A DNA stretch of 63,902 bases, filler included, from Trichosphaerium sp. ATCC 40318 (Eukaryota > Protista > Tubulinea): NCBI GenBank assembly GCA_038496445.1. It is 3 parts of 3 records of this genome, joined end to end, with 100 filler letters (N's around TTAATTAATTAA, not from the genome) between each part and the next. Parts side by side here need not be neighbours in the genome. Positions count along the whole stretch, not along the records: positions 49,906 to 63,902 come from JALMLS010000459.1; 2 more parts are not named here. The stretch is one strand, 5' to 3'. Position numbers and translations under genes: made by a program. Below are positions 49,906-62,095 of this stretch, in pieces (the first letter of the stretch is position 1; each line of letters starts with the position of its first letter). The notes below the pieces were generated by a model. It ran no database searches. It saw only the letters and a list, made by a program, of their open reading frames with translations, and was not told where the DNA came from.

Positions 49906-52900
49906 TTTGTGGTTTGATTCCATTAAAGGAAGTGTGCGACCATTTCCATGTACTTTGCATATGTTATTTGTGCTATGTTTGTTGAGCATTGTGTACCAAC
50001 AAAAAGAGGATGCCATAAACAAATCACTAAACAACATTAACTGTGGTGTTAACAAAATATGTTACAAGTAGGCTGTCAACAATGCTGTGGTCCACCGAGT
50101 GTTTTTGGTATTATGAATCCTTCTGTACTTCAATACACTGTGTATAAAATCAGTATTAATAACTACAACTTATGCGTACAATCTATTAAATACATCACAA
50201 GCATTTTTCAATTCTGAATACAGCTTCACGGGTTCAGGCTTATGTATCACCTGTTGTTTTGACTTGATAGTTTCTGTCACAGAAACAGATTTAGTAGGAT
50301 CTCCAATGTTTGATAGATAAGAGACATGAGATTTAACATCTTTGAATATACCAGCACAGACTGGAGAATCTTGTTCCAATGTGTTGGCGTCATATACCCA
50401 CACATGTGTTCCAACCTTTTTGTTGGGTAGCAACTAGCAATCAATTAGATGTGGACATGGAATTTTTGTACTTTTTTCAGGTGAGAAATCATGTCCGCTG
50501 CTTTAGTCGAATTCATAACTCCAACAAATTTAAAGTTGTTAGATGCTTGCTTTGCCATAGCTGGTGTAGTGTAGTATGAATCAGTTGCTATGGTAATTTT
50601 ATTGTTGGGATACTTCTTCAATATAGTAGTAGCAATAAAGTGAGCCATGTGTGACGGAGGCAAAGTGCTTCCTCCAAATCGTACTTCAAGCATCCATGGC
50701 CAAACATCTTTACCATTCTTTTTAAATCATTAAAAAAGGCTTTATGAGGTAACGTACTTTAAAACAGAATTCAAAAACCCAAAATCCTTCCTTTACAGGT
50801 TTGCGTGAACAATAACATCTAAACCACACCTCTATGGCCATTTAAATGATGCCTTGATAGTGTTGACATACTTGCTCCTGGTAGTACTGATTCATCTAGG
50901 CAACCAATACTTCCAGGTAAAAACGACTGTTGTATAACACTATTCAGCAACCTGTAATATTTTTGTAAATACACAGAAGATATCAAACCAAATTACAATA
51001 CCGTTGAACTTTTAAGGGATGGTAATCTATCTGAGAGGTGATTTCTTCCCATTGCTCCAATGTACAACTATTTTTAATGGCTACCAAACTAAATAATGTA
51101 CAAAATGAACTCATTTGTACCTTCATTTCCATATAATGAGAACTTTTTCCAATAATTTGGTAGCTTATGGTGTGGCGCTAGTTTCATTCCTAATAGCGCT
51201 CCAAAATAGTACCTAACTAGATCTATTGACCAACTACCGGCACATGTCCATTTATGGTGATTTTTTTGTTTTTTGGCTTTGATGTATCCCGAATATCAAT
51301 TTTAGAAAGCAAGGTAGAATATGAAACAGAAGCACAGCTTTGGGTTATTTTATCAAGCCGCTGTTTTGTCTTGGGTACTGTATTTTGATACCAAGATGTG
51401 TTTTTAATATCTATAAACCATTTAATGTAATACAGGGTATTGGCTTTACCTGGATACAGTTTCAACGCTTCAAGTTGCTTTTTGTAATTGTGCTTCAAAA
51501 TATCTTGTTTTTTCAGCTTGTTGTAGATGTTTTTGGAATCAGCACCCAACGTTTTAAACCCTACAAAAGAGTGAGTTGATTGCAATAAACTACATAAGCT
51601 GTCAAACTGTCAAACCTATTGATGAGTCCGCTAATACCATGTTAAACAAAGGTGAAAGCCATGTTGTTATTGCATCTTGAACTGTTGGTGGTTTTTTGTG
51701 GTTCCATATTGCAAACTGTTTTCCTTCATCAATACCAAGCACATTATCTGCAGATGTATGCTTTAAATGTGGTGCATTTATACCAGGCTCCCAGTTCTAA
51801 ACAAGTTAGTGCCTTCATTAACTGGTAGAAAAGTACCCCGTCAGTAATGTACTTTTGTGTTTTCCAGTGTGCAATTGCTGTCTTGTATCCTTGTAATGTT
51901 TTTGCATCACAGTCCCATAGCCTACAATGTTTGTTTTCACCATCAACACTAATTTCTACTTCTACAACCCACTTTCGCTGTCCTACTTTCTTTTCTTTCT
52001 TGGTGATAGTTCGTTTGTCTGTTACTTTAAGTATTGTTACCGTTTTACCCAAAATGTCATCCTTTGCCAATATTCTATCGGAAGGTAGCTTACAATTAGA
52101 TACCATTAAAATGTTACATGAATCTTCGTCACTGAATTCATTCGAATCAATTGGATGTACATCATATGGGCTAAATTCATCACTACTATCTTCAATACAC
52201 ACAACGTCACTACTTAGGTTAACTATTTGCCACAAAATGTAATTCACAATACCTGACACTGTTTGAGCTGTAGTTTTCATAGATGGAGGGCGGAGTTGGT
52301 GGTTTGTAAGGCTTTGTGTTAAATACTTGATGTGGTTCTCCTTTATAAACAACCTCACAAACACGCCAAAAATCAGGGTTGGTGCCATGTGATGCAGAGC
52401 TATCCCCTTTCAAGCGTTAATCATAGGTAGTAGAAAAATGGCTTACAAGGATTGGAGCGACAAGATTTTTCTGGTTGGTAACAGTCAATGAACCACCAAA
52501 TACCATTTACATTCACATATGTAGTGTAGTGCTTTGGGTTCTTTTGCCACATTAATAAATACGTTGCTTTCCACACTCTAATTTCATTAACACACAGCCT
52601 TGTGTTTGTATGTACCTTCCGTGTAGAATTAATTGTTGAGGCAACCCAAAAAAGTTGGATACCACTGTAGGTGAAGGACACACTGTTATCAGCGCTGGTA
52701 TTGTGATGCTCTATCAATGATAAGTTGTAGATAATGACATAGAATTACCATAGCAGTTTTTATTCCACCAGAAGTACATTCTGTACAATGGTTTGACTGT
52801 AATCTTTGATTCAACCAAGTAGATATTCGCTCTTCTAAATCTCCATAATCAATGAACAGCCTTTCCAGAGATTTGAAACTGTCTTTAAATGTGTGAATAC

Positions 52901-54711
52901 CATAAAAGTAATTGTGTTGTACCTTGACATGAGCATTTATTTTCGTAACACTCAATAAAATGAAATGCTGTACACATTTTTCTAGCGTATCTGTGTACTT
53001 CTGTTACACTGCATTCAAAAGCATACTGCCCATTACGCTGCTTACTAAACTGCTTTGCTAGATATGTCTGCTGTTTTGGATTAGTGTAGTAGCAGTGTTC
53101 TTCAAAGAGAGCTATGAGTTTGTTTCGACTTTGTGAAGTATTGTTGTCCGTTAACAAAGTTGGGTGTTGTGGAAATACCTAACTTTGTGCTAAGCAAAAC
53201 AAATGCACATAATTTGATGTTTACATACACAAACTTCATTAACTGAGCACAGCGCAATGTAAACAGCATCCCACGGACAACTATGAGCATCCCACTTGGG
53301 TAAATTAGCTAAGTAACAGTAAGTACAGTACAAGCAGTTTAAAATTGGCTAAAAATGGCCACAACGTTTAATAAACACGTGTTCAACACAGTTCCGAGTA
53401 GTTTTGATACATGTGATACTAAAAAGGATAAACGATTTTGTTATCAGCCAAAGTGACCACAAACTGCAATAAACGTGCGTATAACACGGTTTGTGACTAC
53501 TTTTACTTGATTTGAAGTGTAAACTCTACAAAATGTATCACGTGTTTCAAAACTACTCTCAAACACTATGAGATGCAAAGAATGTGTATTACACGGTATT
53601 TTTCAACACTTTTGATTCTAAGTAACCTAATGACTTGTACATACCTATCAGCTGCCCTTGCAGTGGTAAAATGAAAACAGGATTTTGGATATAAATCCCA
53701 CTAAATTCCTTTGTTTTAGGGATTTTTAAGGTAATTTGTGAAGAATTCTTATTTTTATTTTTTTTTATGGCAGGATTTTTGATAGAATTACCATAATATT
53801 CCCTTAAATACGGAATTTTCAGAATTATTGTACAAAATCCAGCAAATAATGTTCTAATTTAGTTAGGGTTAGGGTTAGGGTTAGGGTTGAGGTTTATGAA
53901 AGTACAAATTAAGTTAGGGTTAGGGTTTAGTTTTATATTTGCAAAAAACCATCGACACCTTAGGTACATAGGTTTTTCTAGCGAACAATATCCACATGCT
54001 ATTATTAAAGGTGCAAAAACCAATGGTACAGGTTAAAGTGCGTTAATCCAAAAAGTAACGGAGAACGCGTTTTAGGTGGTTTGAAAAATCACTTAAACAT
54101 AAATATCTCTTACTTATCTGTTTTAGGATGATTAAAGCATTGCAACAGCCTTATTACACCATTAAAGAATGTATTTAAAGCATTAACTCCAAGTACGTTG
54201 TTTTTAAAGCTTATTTCCACTTAATTTATCAAAAAACCCTACGCGTTCTTAATTTAGCATTTACAAACGCATTAATTATTGTTCAGGCTCTCAAAACCAA
54301 ATGCGATCAAATTACTTCTTTCGTTTATGAAGACACGATGTATTTAACTTGTACGTGTTATTTAGGATGTTTGTATTTGTAATGATCAATAAATAAAATG
54401 ACTTTGCGTTAAATCTGAACCAAAGTATCGAATAATATTTTGTGTAATTTATAAAGTATTTTTTATTGAAATCTACAAAAAATACATTAAGAAATGCTAT
54501 AAAGAATACATAGAGAATTCTATATAAAATACATATGCAATTCCAAAAGTAATACTCTAAGAATTCTATGGGTAATACTTACGGAATTTCATATAAATTC
54601 AATGGGAATGAAGGAAGAGTTTTTCCGTCTACTTTTCCCATAGGAAAATAGGGTGGATTACTTAAAAATTCCCATTTCTATTTTACTACTGTGTGTATAT
54701 TCAGCAGTCAT
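49906..54711 (-). CDS. Intron-rich USP/USPL1-like cysteine protease - SIM - piggyBac DDD transposase gene (exon 1 interrupted by an insertion)
   Basis: PKWDAHSCPWDAVYIAL (Cys 53277-53279), CSC..CTEC, HYTTYVNVNGIWWFID (His 52529-52531, Asp 52484-52486), VVCIEDSSDE. Then YFGALLGM..YW, LPGSIGCLDES..RKPVKEG, IATDSYYTT, LYSELKNACDVFN, TRWTTAL. Confidence 0.7.
53661..54691. mobile_element. ~1-kb non-autonomous TIR element containing TTAGGG repeats
   Basis: Imperfect TIRs CAGT[G/A]GTAAAAT..GGA.TTT, TG on both flanks, non-coding AT-rich interior. Confidence 0.6.
53863..53925 (+). repeat. Interstitial telomere-like (TTAGGG)4 + (TTAGGG)2
   Basis: Read directly from the sequence. Confidence 0.9.
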
Positions 54712-54921
54712 AAAATATGGATAGTGTGACTATGAAGCAGTTCGAGGAAGTTGATGAGTGAAAAAATGTGAGTTTTCTAAATACAATTACAGAAAATAAA
54801 AAGACACAAAATCAGCTTGTTACAAGCTCTAACTCCAACATGTTGTTTAACATACTCTCGCAGTATTTATTAAAGCATTTTAGAGTTTATTAGTAGATCA
54901 CAGTCTATTCAGTCGACAGAG

Positions 54922-55259
54922 ATATCTCAGTTCATGGAATCAAGGCTATAGCAGGTGTTCATGATATTGATTTATCTTGGGATAAGGTGACAGATAAAAG
55001 TCTCCAGGCGTTAGCTGGTGTCCACACAATAAAACTGTTGGAAAATAATCTGATAACTGATTTCGGCATCAAAGCATTAGCAGGTGTACACAAAGTTGAT
55101 TTATCGTTTACAGCAGTAACAGATGAAGGGTTGAAAGCTTTGGTTGGCGCCCACACTATCATGTTGATGGCGTGTAACAAAATAACAGAAGAGGGTATTA
55201 AATGGCTTCATTCTCAAAAATACAAGGATGTGGGACTCGGTAAATGGGAAAAAACTTAG
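54922..55259 (+). pseudogene. 3' fragment of an LRR gene, paralog of 60882-62095
   Basis: Near-identical to 61243-61279 joined to 61795-62095; 3' flank homology continues to 55718/62494. Confidence 0.85.
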
Positions 55260-56499
55260 TGTCCCTAACATAGTTGATCAACACTGGTATTTTGGAGTTC
55301 CTGTCAGGCATCAATTCAGGACACTTGAACGTTGGCGGAGATTTTATTAAATGGAACTGTAAAAGTAGAGATTGAATAGGACAAATAAAAATACCACAAA
55401 GAGAATAGTTAAATTGTGTTTTGCTTTTATCACATACACCAGACATTGTCATATTCATCCTCATCTATTGTTACTTCTTCTCTTAGACCCTGTTCACATT
55501 CTGGGACATTTCCTCACTTTGCATCTTTAGCACTACTCTGTGAATTCTGACACGGATTTTCGATAAAAAGGTTACGTCATTACTCATAACCCAAATGTCT
55601 TTCCTTCCTCATAATTTGTGTGGCATATTATAAACCACTACGCCAAAGGGGTATTAACACACTCACTGTTGGAGTGCGGTGGAACCTTATACAACATTTG
55701 AGTGGCGGTTAGCATGTAACTAAAACATTTGGTTGCTAACACAAAGTACCATGTGCTGAACAAAACCAAAATCAAAAATAGGATTATTGTTATCAATAAT
55801 CCTGGTCAACAACTCCAATAAGTTGTACATCAGCAACGGTTTACTGTGTTATCGCTCAAAAGGAAAAATTTGCTTTCACACCTTAACTTCTCTTCCATGC
55901 GGTGAGTACCTTTGGGACCATCGTAATACGACGTTAACGGATTATTTGATAAATCACGTGATTCTTGGCAAAACAGGCAAGTACTGTTTGTGACAGTGTA
56001 TCCGCTAGTTTCTAATTATGGGTATTTTGCCCCAACGCAAAGCTTGGTTTGAAAAAAACGGCATCAGGCTAACACAGGGCATCACAAGACTATTGAATGG
56101 TCTTAGTCTTTGCCGTGTGGGAAGGGTAATCTCTGAATCAGTGTTGCGCTATGTGGACTGCGAAAACGCCAAATACTACAACCCAATCGCAAAAAGCTAA
56201 GATAAACCTTATGAACTCACGTTTAATTAGCGAACCGTTTTTTTTAGCCTTGTGACTTCGTTTTCTTTCGGAAAGATTCTAAGCCTTTCAAAACAACCTG
56301 TGGTAGTGGATACAAAGCCTTGTTATTGTAACGAACCTACAAACACAAAACCAGAGCCGTAACGCAAAATACACTAAGGCTTCACCGAAATACAAGCAAT
56401 ACTGCTTTATAACCTCGAAAGTAACAACACGTCATGACAGAACCTCATGGTTTCAAAAACCGATCTTTAACTCACCTTCGTTCGCGTGTTTGCATTATT

Positions 56500-59400
56500 G
56501 ACGTTGTGTTTCATTATGCTGGTTTGTAATGCTTGGCTAAGCAAACAGTTAACAAATCATAGCAAAACATGGCTACAGCGAAATTGTTTCAACGCTGATT
56601 AAGGCGAATACCAATATTAATACTGTTGATAGCCTTGGAAACACAGCTTTGATGAAAGCAGGTAGGTGACTGACATACAACATGTACAAATCTCACATTA
56701 ATATTTAGTACAAAAAGGCCACAGAGATATTGTATCGATGTTGCTCAAAGCTAATGTCTATACTGAAGATGAAGATATGGATGGAAACACAGCTTTGATT
56801 TGTGCAGGTAATGTTGTAGACAAGATACAACATGGCCCTATTCATTAATATTTAGCGGGAAAAGGAAAGGAAGATATTGTGTCAATGTTGCTCAAAGCCA
56901 ATGCCAATATCAATGCTGTTGATGATAGTGGATGTACAGCTTTGATTAAATCAGGTATTTCTGCATATGCGATACAACTGTGCTCACATAACTTTTAGCT
57001 TTTAATGGACACAATAAAGTTGTGTCAATGTTAATAGACGCCAATGCAAATATAGAAGTTAAGGATTATTATGGCGACACAGCTTTGATATCGGCAGGTA
57101 ACAATAGATGAGATACAACATGCATATCTTACATTAATATTTAGCACAAAAAGGACACAAAGATATTGTATCAATGTTGCTCAATGCCAATGCCAACATT
57201 GAGGCTGTAGATAAATTTTTTAACTCAAATACAGCTTTGATTAGTGCAGGTAGTGTCATAGATGACATACAACATGCATATCTCACATCAATATTTAGCA
57301 CAAAAAGGAAAGGAAGATATTGTATCAATGCTACTCAAAGCTAATGCCAACATTGACAATGTTGGTGAAGATGGAAAAACAGCTTTGATTTGCGCAGGTA
57401 ATGATGTAGACAACATACAACATGTACATATCTCACATCAATATTAAGCAAAAGAAGGGCACAATGATGTTGTATCAATGCTACTCAAATCCAACGCCAA
57501 TATTGAGGCTGTAGATAAAGACGGAAACACAGCTTTGATTTGTGCAGGTAATGTAGACAACATACAACATGTACATTCTCACATCAATATTAAGCACAAA
57601 AAGGAAAGAAAGATATTGTATCAATGTTGCTCAAAGACAGTGCCAATATTGAGGCTGTAGATAAAGACGGAAACACAGCTTTGATTAAATCAGGTAGTGT
57701 CATAGGTGACATACAACATGTACTTATCTTACATCAATATTTAGCGCAAGAAGGGCACAAAGATATTGTATCAATGCTACTCAAAGCCAGTGCCAACATT
57801 GAGGCTGTAGATAAAGACGGAAACACAGCTTTGATTAAATCAGGTAATGTTGTAGGTGCCATACAGCAGTGTTCACTAACATAAACAAAAGGAGATTTTG
57901 ACTGTGTATCAATTTTAATGAAAGCCAATGCAAACATTGATGCTGTTAATAACAATGGAATGACAGCTTTATTTTGTGCAGGTAATATTACCTATCACAT
58001 ACAAGATATAATGTGCTCACACCACTATTAGCAAAATATGGAAAAAATAAAATTATACCAATATTACTTAAAGCACATCTAATTATTGGTAACAAAGATA
58101 AAAGCAATGTTACATCAGGTATTGTTGCAATTTTCGTTGAAAATAACTATGTTTAACTGTTATAGTTGTACCACCTGATAAAAAAAAGTGGCAAGATTTC
58201 CTTTTATTGTTAATCAAACAGCTGATATCAAATACTCCAGCAGCTGTGGAAGTATTTGATATGTTCTTAAAACATTGTCCAAGTGGTAAACAATCCCGTT
58301 CACTGTGGAATTCTTGTGTGGACTTTGTGAGAATGTTAGAGCTGGAGAAACAACAGGTCTATATGAGTGACTCAGATTCATCAAGTGAGTTGACTTCAGA
58401 GTACAAATTACACAAATATCAAGAATTTGAGATGTACTCAGATATTGGCGAGTGTAATTTAGTGTACAGCCCACACGATGAACAGTTTATGGAATGGCTT
58501 TCATACTTGGTATGCTAGCATTGAATAAGTTTGTACTAATTATACAACCTGTAGCCAACATGTTCTTATTTTAAATTGGCAATGGAAAAGGGTATTTGCC
58601 ATTTAATTTGTTCTGTACATGATTCTACAGTTGTACAGTCTCCAGTACGGTCCACACATCCTTAATTCACTTTGTGACACTTTTTTTTTCAGGACTTTTG
58701 GAAACAAGATGGACAATTAATGCAAGGTATCTTGTGTGATATGCCCGATGAAGTATGGGTAAATACACCCCAACTTACCTTATCAGAAGAGAAATGTACT
58801 GCAGGTACAAAGTATTACAATTGATGAACACTAATAAAAGTTACAAAGGCTTAAAAAGTAAAAACACTTGGGAGTTAAATACACGGTTGTATTTTGCAAG
58901 CAATTGGGATATTTCTAACAACACGTGCGTTCAAACTTACTAAAGTTGGTTTTCTTTAATTTTCTTTTTCAAAGAGGTGCTATTATGAAGGCGACAAACT
59001 ACCGAACACTGAATCTGCTTGATACAAATGATAAAGTGGCTGTAAGAGAATTTAAGAACCTTAAACAATACATGTCAACAATGCATGGCTATGACAATTA
59101 TGATATTGTGAAAGCAACTCTTGTATGTAATGATATTTTGACAGAAAACTTTGGTCAATCCAACAACATACTAAACCACAGGCATACGTATGTTATTCTT
59201 ACAAGACTAAACATTTAGTCTAATGTACTCATAGAGAACTGCCCAAGTTGTTTAAAAAGCTAGATTGGGAAAATGACTTACACAAGAATTACAAAAAGAC
59301 CGTTTACATGAAATACGATGCGGTAACTGATAACAAAGATGCTGCAACAGATGAAAAAAATGTAAACAACATTCCTATCTTATGCTAAAATACCTGTCCT

Positions 59401-60434
59401 AGTTGCCAGTGATATTGATGGTACATGGAACAAGCGAAAAAGCAGCATACAGTATTGTAAAAGCTGGTTTTGGAACAGTGAGTGCTTTAGATGCTGGGTA
59501 CTATGGCCAAGGGATATACTTTACAGTATGCCACAAACAAAGTCACATACTATTTACTTTGAACCCATAGAGAAGTATCAAATATGCTTGTTCTTATGAT
59601 AAGGTATCAACCAAAGAAAAAACACTTATTTTGAGTCTTGTCACTCCTGGCAATATATATCCCGTATGTAACCCATAGTGTTATCTCCACATAACTAATT
59701 TACAAAAGGTACACCCAAACGACAAGTTAAGAGGACAGCCAATAAAACCAGGCTATCAAAGTCATTATGCATTGGTAGATAGAATGGGAAGACCTCTTGA
59801 AGAAGACAAAGTTGCTAATGCAGTGTATGATGAGCTTGTTGTTGCACAAGGTATGAGGAAAACGTAATAGTAATTGTGATGTATTAATGTGATACTATGA
59901 TATCAGATTCTCAAGCTGTTGCTCGCTATATCCTCAAGGTTGCACAGAAAGATACACAGACTAAAAAAAGAAGAAACACAAAAAAGCCCAAGAAAGGAGG
60001 AAAAAAGGCAAACAAACAAAACGAAAAAGAAGAGGATAGTTCAGATGATGAAATCTATGATGATAATTTTATTACAACCAGGCAAGACATAACAATTTCT
60101 TATTGTTTAAGCTTACATTATTGTACAAGAAAGCTATGGGCTGCCCGTGAGGACTCAACTGACGACCAACAATCAAGTAATAACTATGTCAATCTTGAAG
60201 AAAAGTTACAAGAAGCAAACTGTGAGGTGGACAAACTAAAGAAGAGCAATGCGAATATGAAGCAACTTCTTGAGACTTCACAGCAAACAAATAGGAAGCA
60301 ACGACAATATTCTGCAAACTTAGAGCAAGATTTGTTTTTCTTGGTTTGTTTGTTTGTTTGTTTATTGTTTATTGTCTGGGGTTGACTTTCAGAAGCATAT
60401 AACGTCGCTTGAGAAGGCGCTACAACCTGACTAG
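56500..60434 (+). CDS. Ankyrin-repeat + PARP-like (H-Y-E) ADP-ribosyltransferase, multi-exon
   Basis: About 11 ankyrin exons (GHxDIVSMLLKANANIEAVDKDGNTALI). ART motifs MVHGT (59424), DAGYYGQGIYFT, KYA, PGYQSHY, YDELVV (E 59832). Start codon uncertain. Confidence 0.8.
56562..58118 (+). repeat. Tandem ~147-bp exon+intron units encoding ankyrin repeats
   Basis: Repeated ..ACAGCTTTGATT..CAG|GTA..ACATACAACATG..AATATTTAG|C. Confidence 0.9.
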
Positions 60435-60881
60435 ACACAAAATAACAATGTATCAAAATATAGTTTTCGTTTCCCACATCTGTCAGTTCTTCTGCTGTAG
60501 ATATTCTTCCAATTGTACAAGTATATCCTTTAGTCCTACGATCATTCATCTCACGGTCACTCATCCCTTAAACTTTGTCCATATAGACGAATATCCCACC
60601 AAGTGTTAGCAATGCAACGTAAAAAACATCTATATTTACAATCCCAACTGTAGACACGTGCTTAAAATTTCTAAATCAATTGTCATTTTGGTTCACAAAA
60701 AAGTATCACGTGATTTTTAGAAACCTTTTACAATACACTACAAGTAAAGCAATCATTTACTTTTACAATGTTTTTTAGTTTACGCACTTGCGGTGGTCAA
60801 GGGTGTTCATTCAAATTTTAGCTAACATCATCACGACTAAAACAACTTCAAGTGACTACAAATTAGCAGAGACAACACTAC

Positions 60882-62095
60882 ATGGAAAAAGGAATAAACG
60901 AACCGAATAAAAAGACAAACGATGCTAGCCCAAGCCATTGGCGTTCACTCAACCTCATCTCACTTCCAGTTGAAATTATCGTTCGTGTATTGAAATGCGG
61001 CACATTTACTCTGAGATCAGCCCAAACCTGTCGTTTGATGCGAGATATCGTCCACGTGCACACTGGATATAATAATATTTACATATCAAACGAAGATGAA
61101 TTACCCCTGCTTTCTGGTAGCCCTTTACTTCAAAACACAAAAATTTGGTTAAACCACCAAGTTTTTCCAACTCCTGAGGTATTTGATAGTTTATTGCCTA
61201 TGCTTTCAGGAGTACACACAATGAGTCTTGCATATTGTACGAATATCTCAGTTCATGGAATCAAGGCTATAGCAGGTGTACATGATATTGATTTAGCACA
61301 TACAAACATAACTGATGAAAGTTTGAAAGCGTTGGCTAGTGGCCACATTATCAACTTGTCTTGCTGTGATGACATCACAGATGAAGGAGTGAGCTCATTG
61401 GGAGGGTGTTATCCTATAAACCTGAAAGAACGCTCGGTAACAGATAAGAGTTTAAAGGCGTTATCTGGTATCCACATAATTAATGTTTCCTCCTGTAAAT
61501 CAATTACAGATGAAGGCATCAAGGCGTTGGCAGGAGTACATACACTTGATTTATCAGACACAGAAGTAACTGATAAAGGATTGAAAACACTTGAAGGTGT
61601 CCATACTATCAAACTGGAGCGTTGTCATTTAATCACAGACAGAGGCATAAAAGCTTTAGCAGGTGTACACAAAATCAGCTTGTTTCAACAAACATAACAG
61701 ATGAAGGTTTGAAAGCTTTGAAAGGTGTACACACTATCAACTTGGCTTCATGCTTTGAAATAACAGATGATGGAGTCAAAGCATTGGCTGGTGTTCATGA
61801 TATTGATTTATCTTGGGATAAGGTGACAGATAAAAGTCTCCAGGCGTTAGCTGGTGTCCACACAATAAAACTGTTGGAAAATAATCTGATAACTGATTTC
61901 GGCATCAAAGCATTAGCAGGTGTACACAAAGTTGATTTATCGTTTACAACAGTAACAGATGAAGGCTTGACTGCTTTGGTTGGCGCCCACACCATCATGT
62001 TGATGGCGTGTAACAAAATAACAGAAGAGGGTATTAAATGGCTTCATTCTCAAAAGTACAAGGATGTGGGACTCAGTGTATGGGAAAAAACTTAG
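60882..62095 (+). pseudogene. F-box + LRR protein with 1-nt frameshift (~61684), intronless
   Basis: LISLPVEIIVRVL..SAQTCRLMR F-box and AGVHTI repeats; ORFs 60882-61697 and 61622-62095 join by adding one T. Confidence 0.8.

Larger units (their letters stand above)
49906..54921 (-). mobile_element. piggyBac-like DNA transposon (one end lost in the gap), putative ATAT target
   Basis: Contains a DDD transposase. Homology to the LRR paralog begins exactly at ATAT 54922-54925; minus-strand terminus 5'-CTCTGTCGAC. Confidence 0.6.

Noticed and set aside
53863-53925. True telomere or chromosome end
   Set aside because: Only six units, internal to a TIR-bounded insertion.
54804-54821. ACACAAAATCAGCTTGTT match to the LRR gene at ~61667
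   Set aside because: Isolated short match that is out of order with the duplicated segment; probably chance.
56562-58118. Regularly spaced repeats resembling a CRISPR array
   Set aside because: The units are ankyrin exons plus similar introns; there are no unique spacers and no cas genes.
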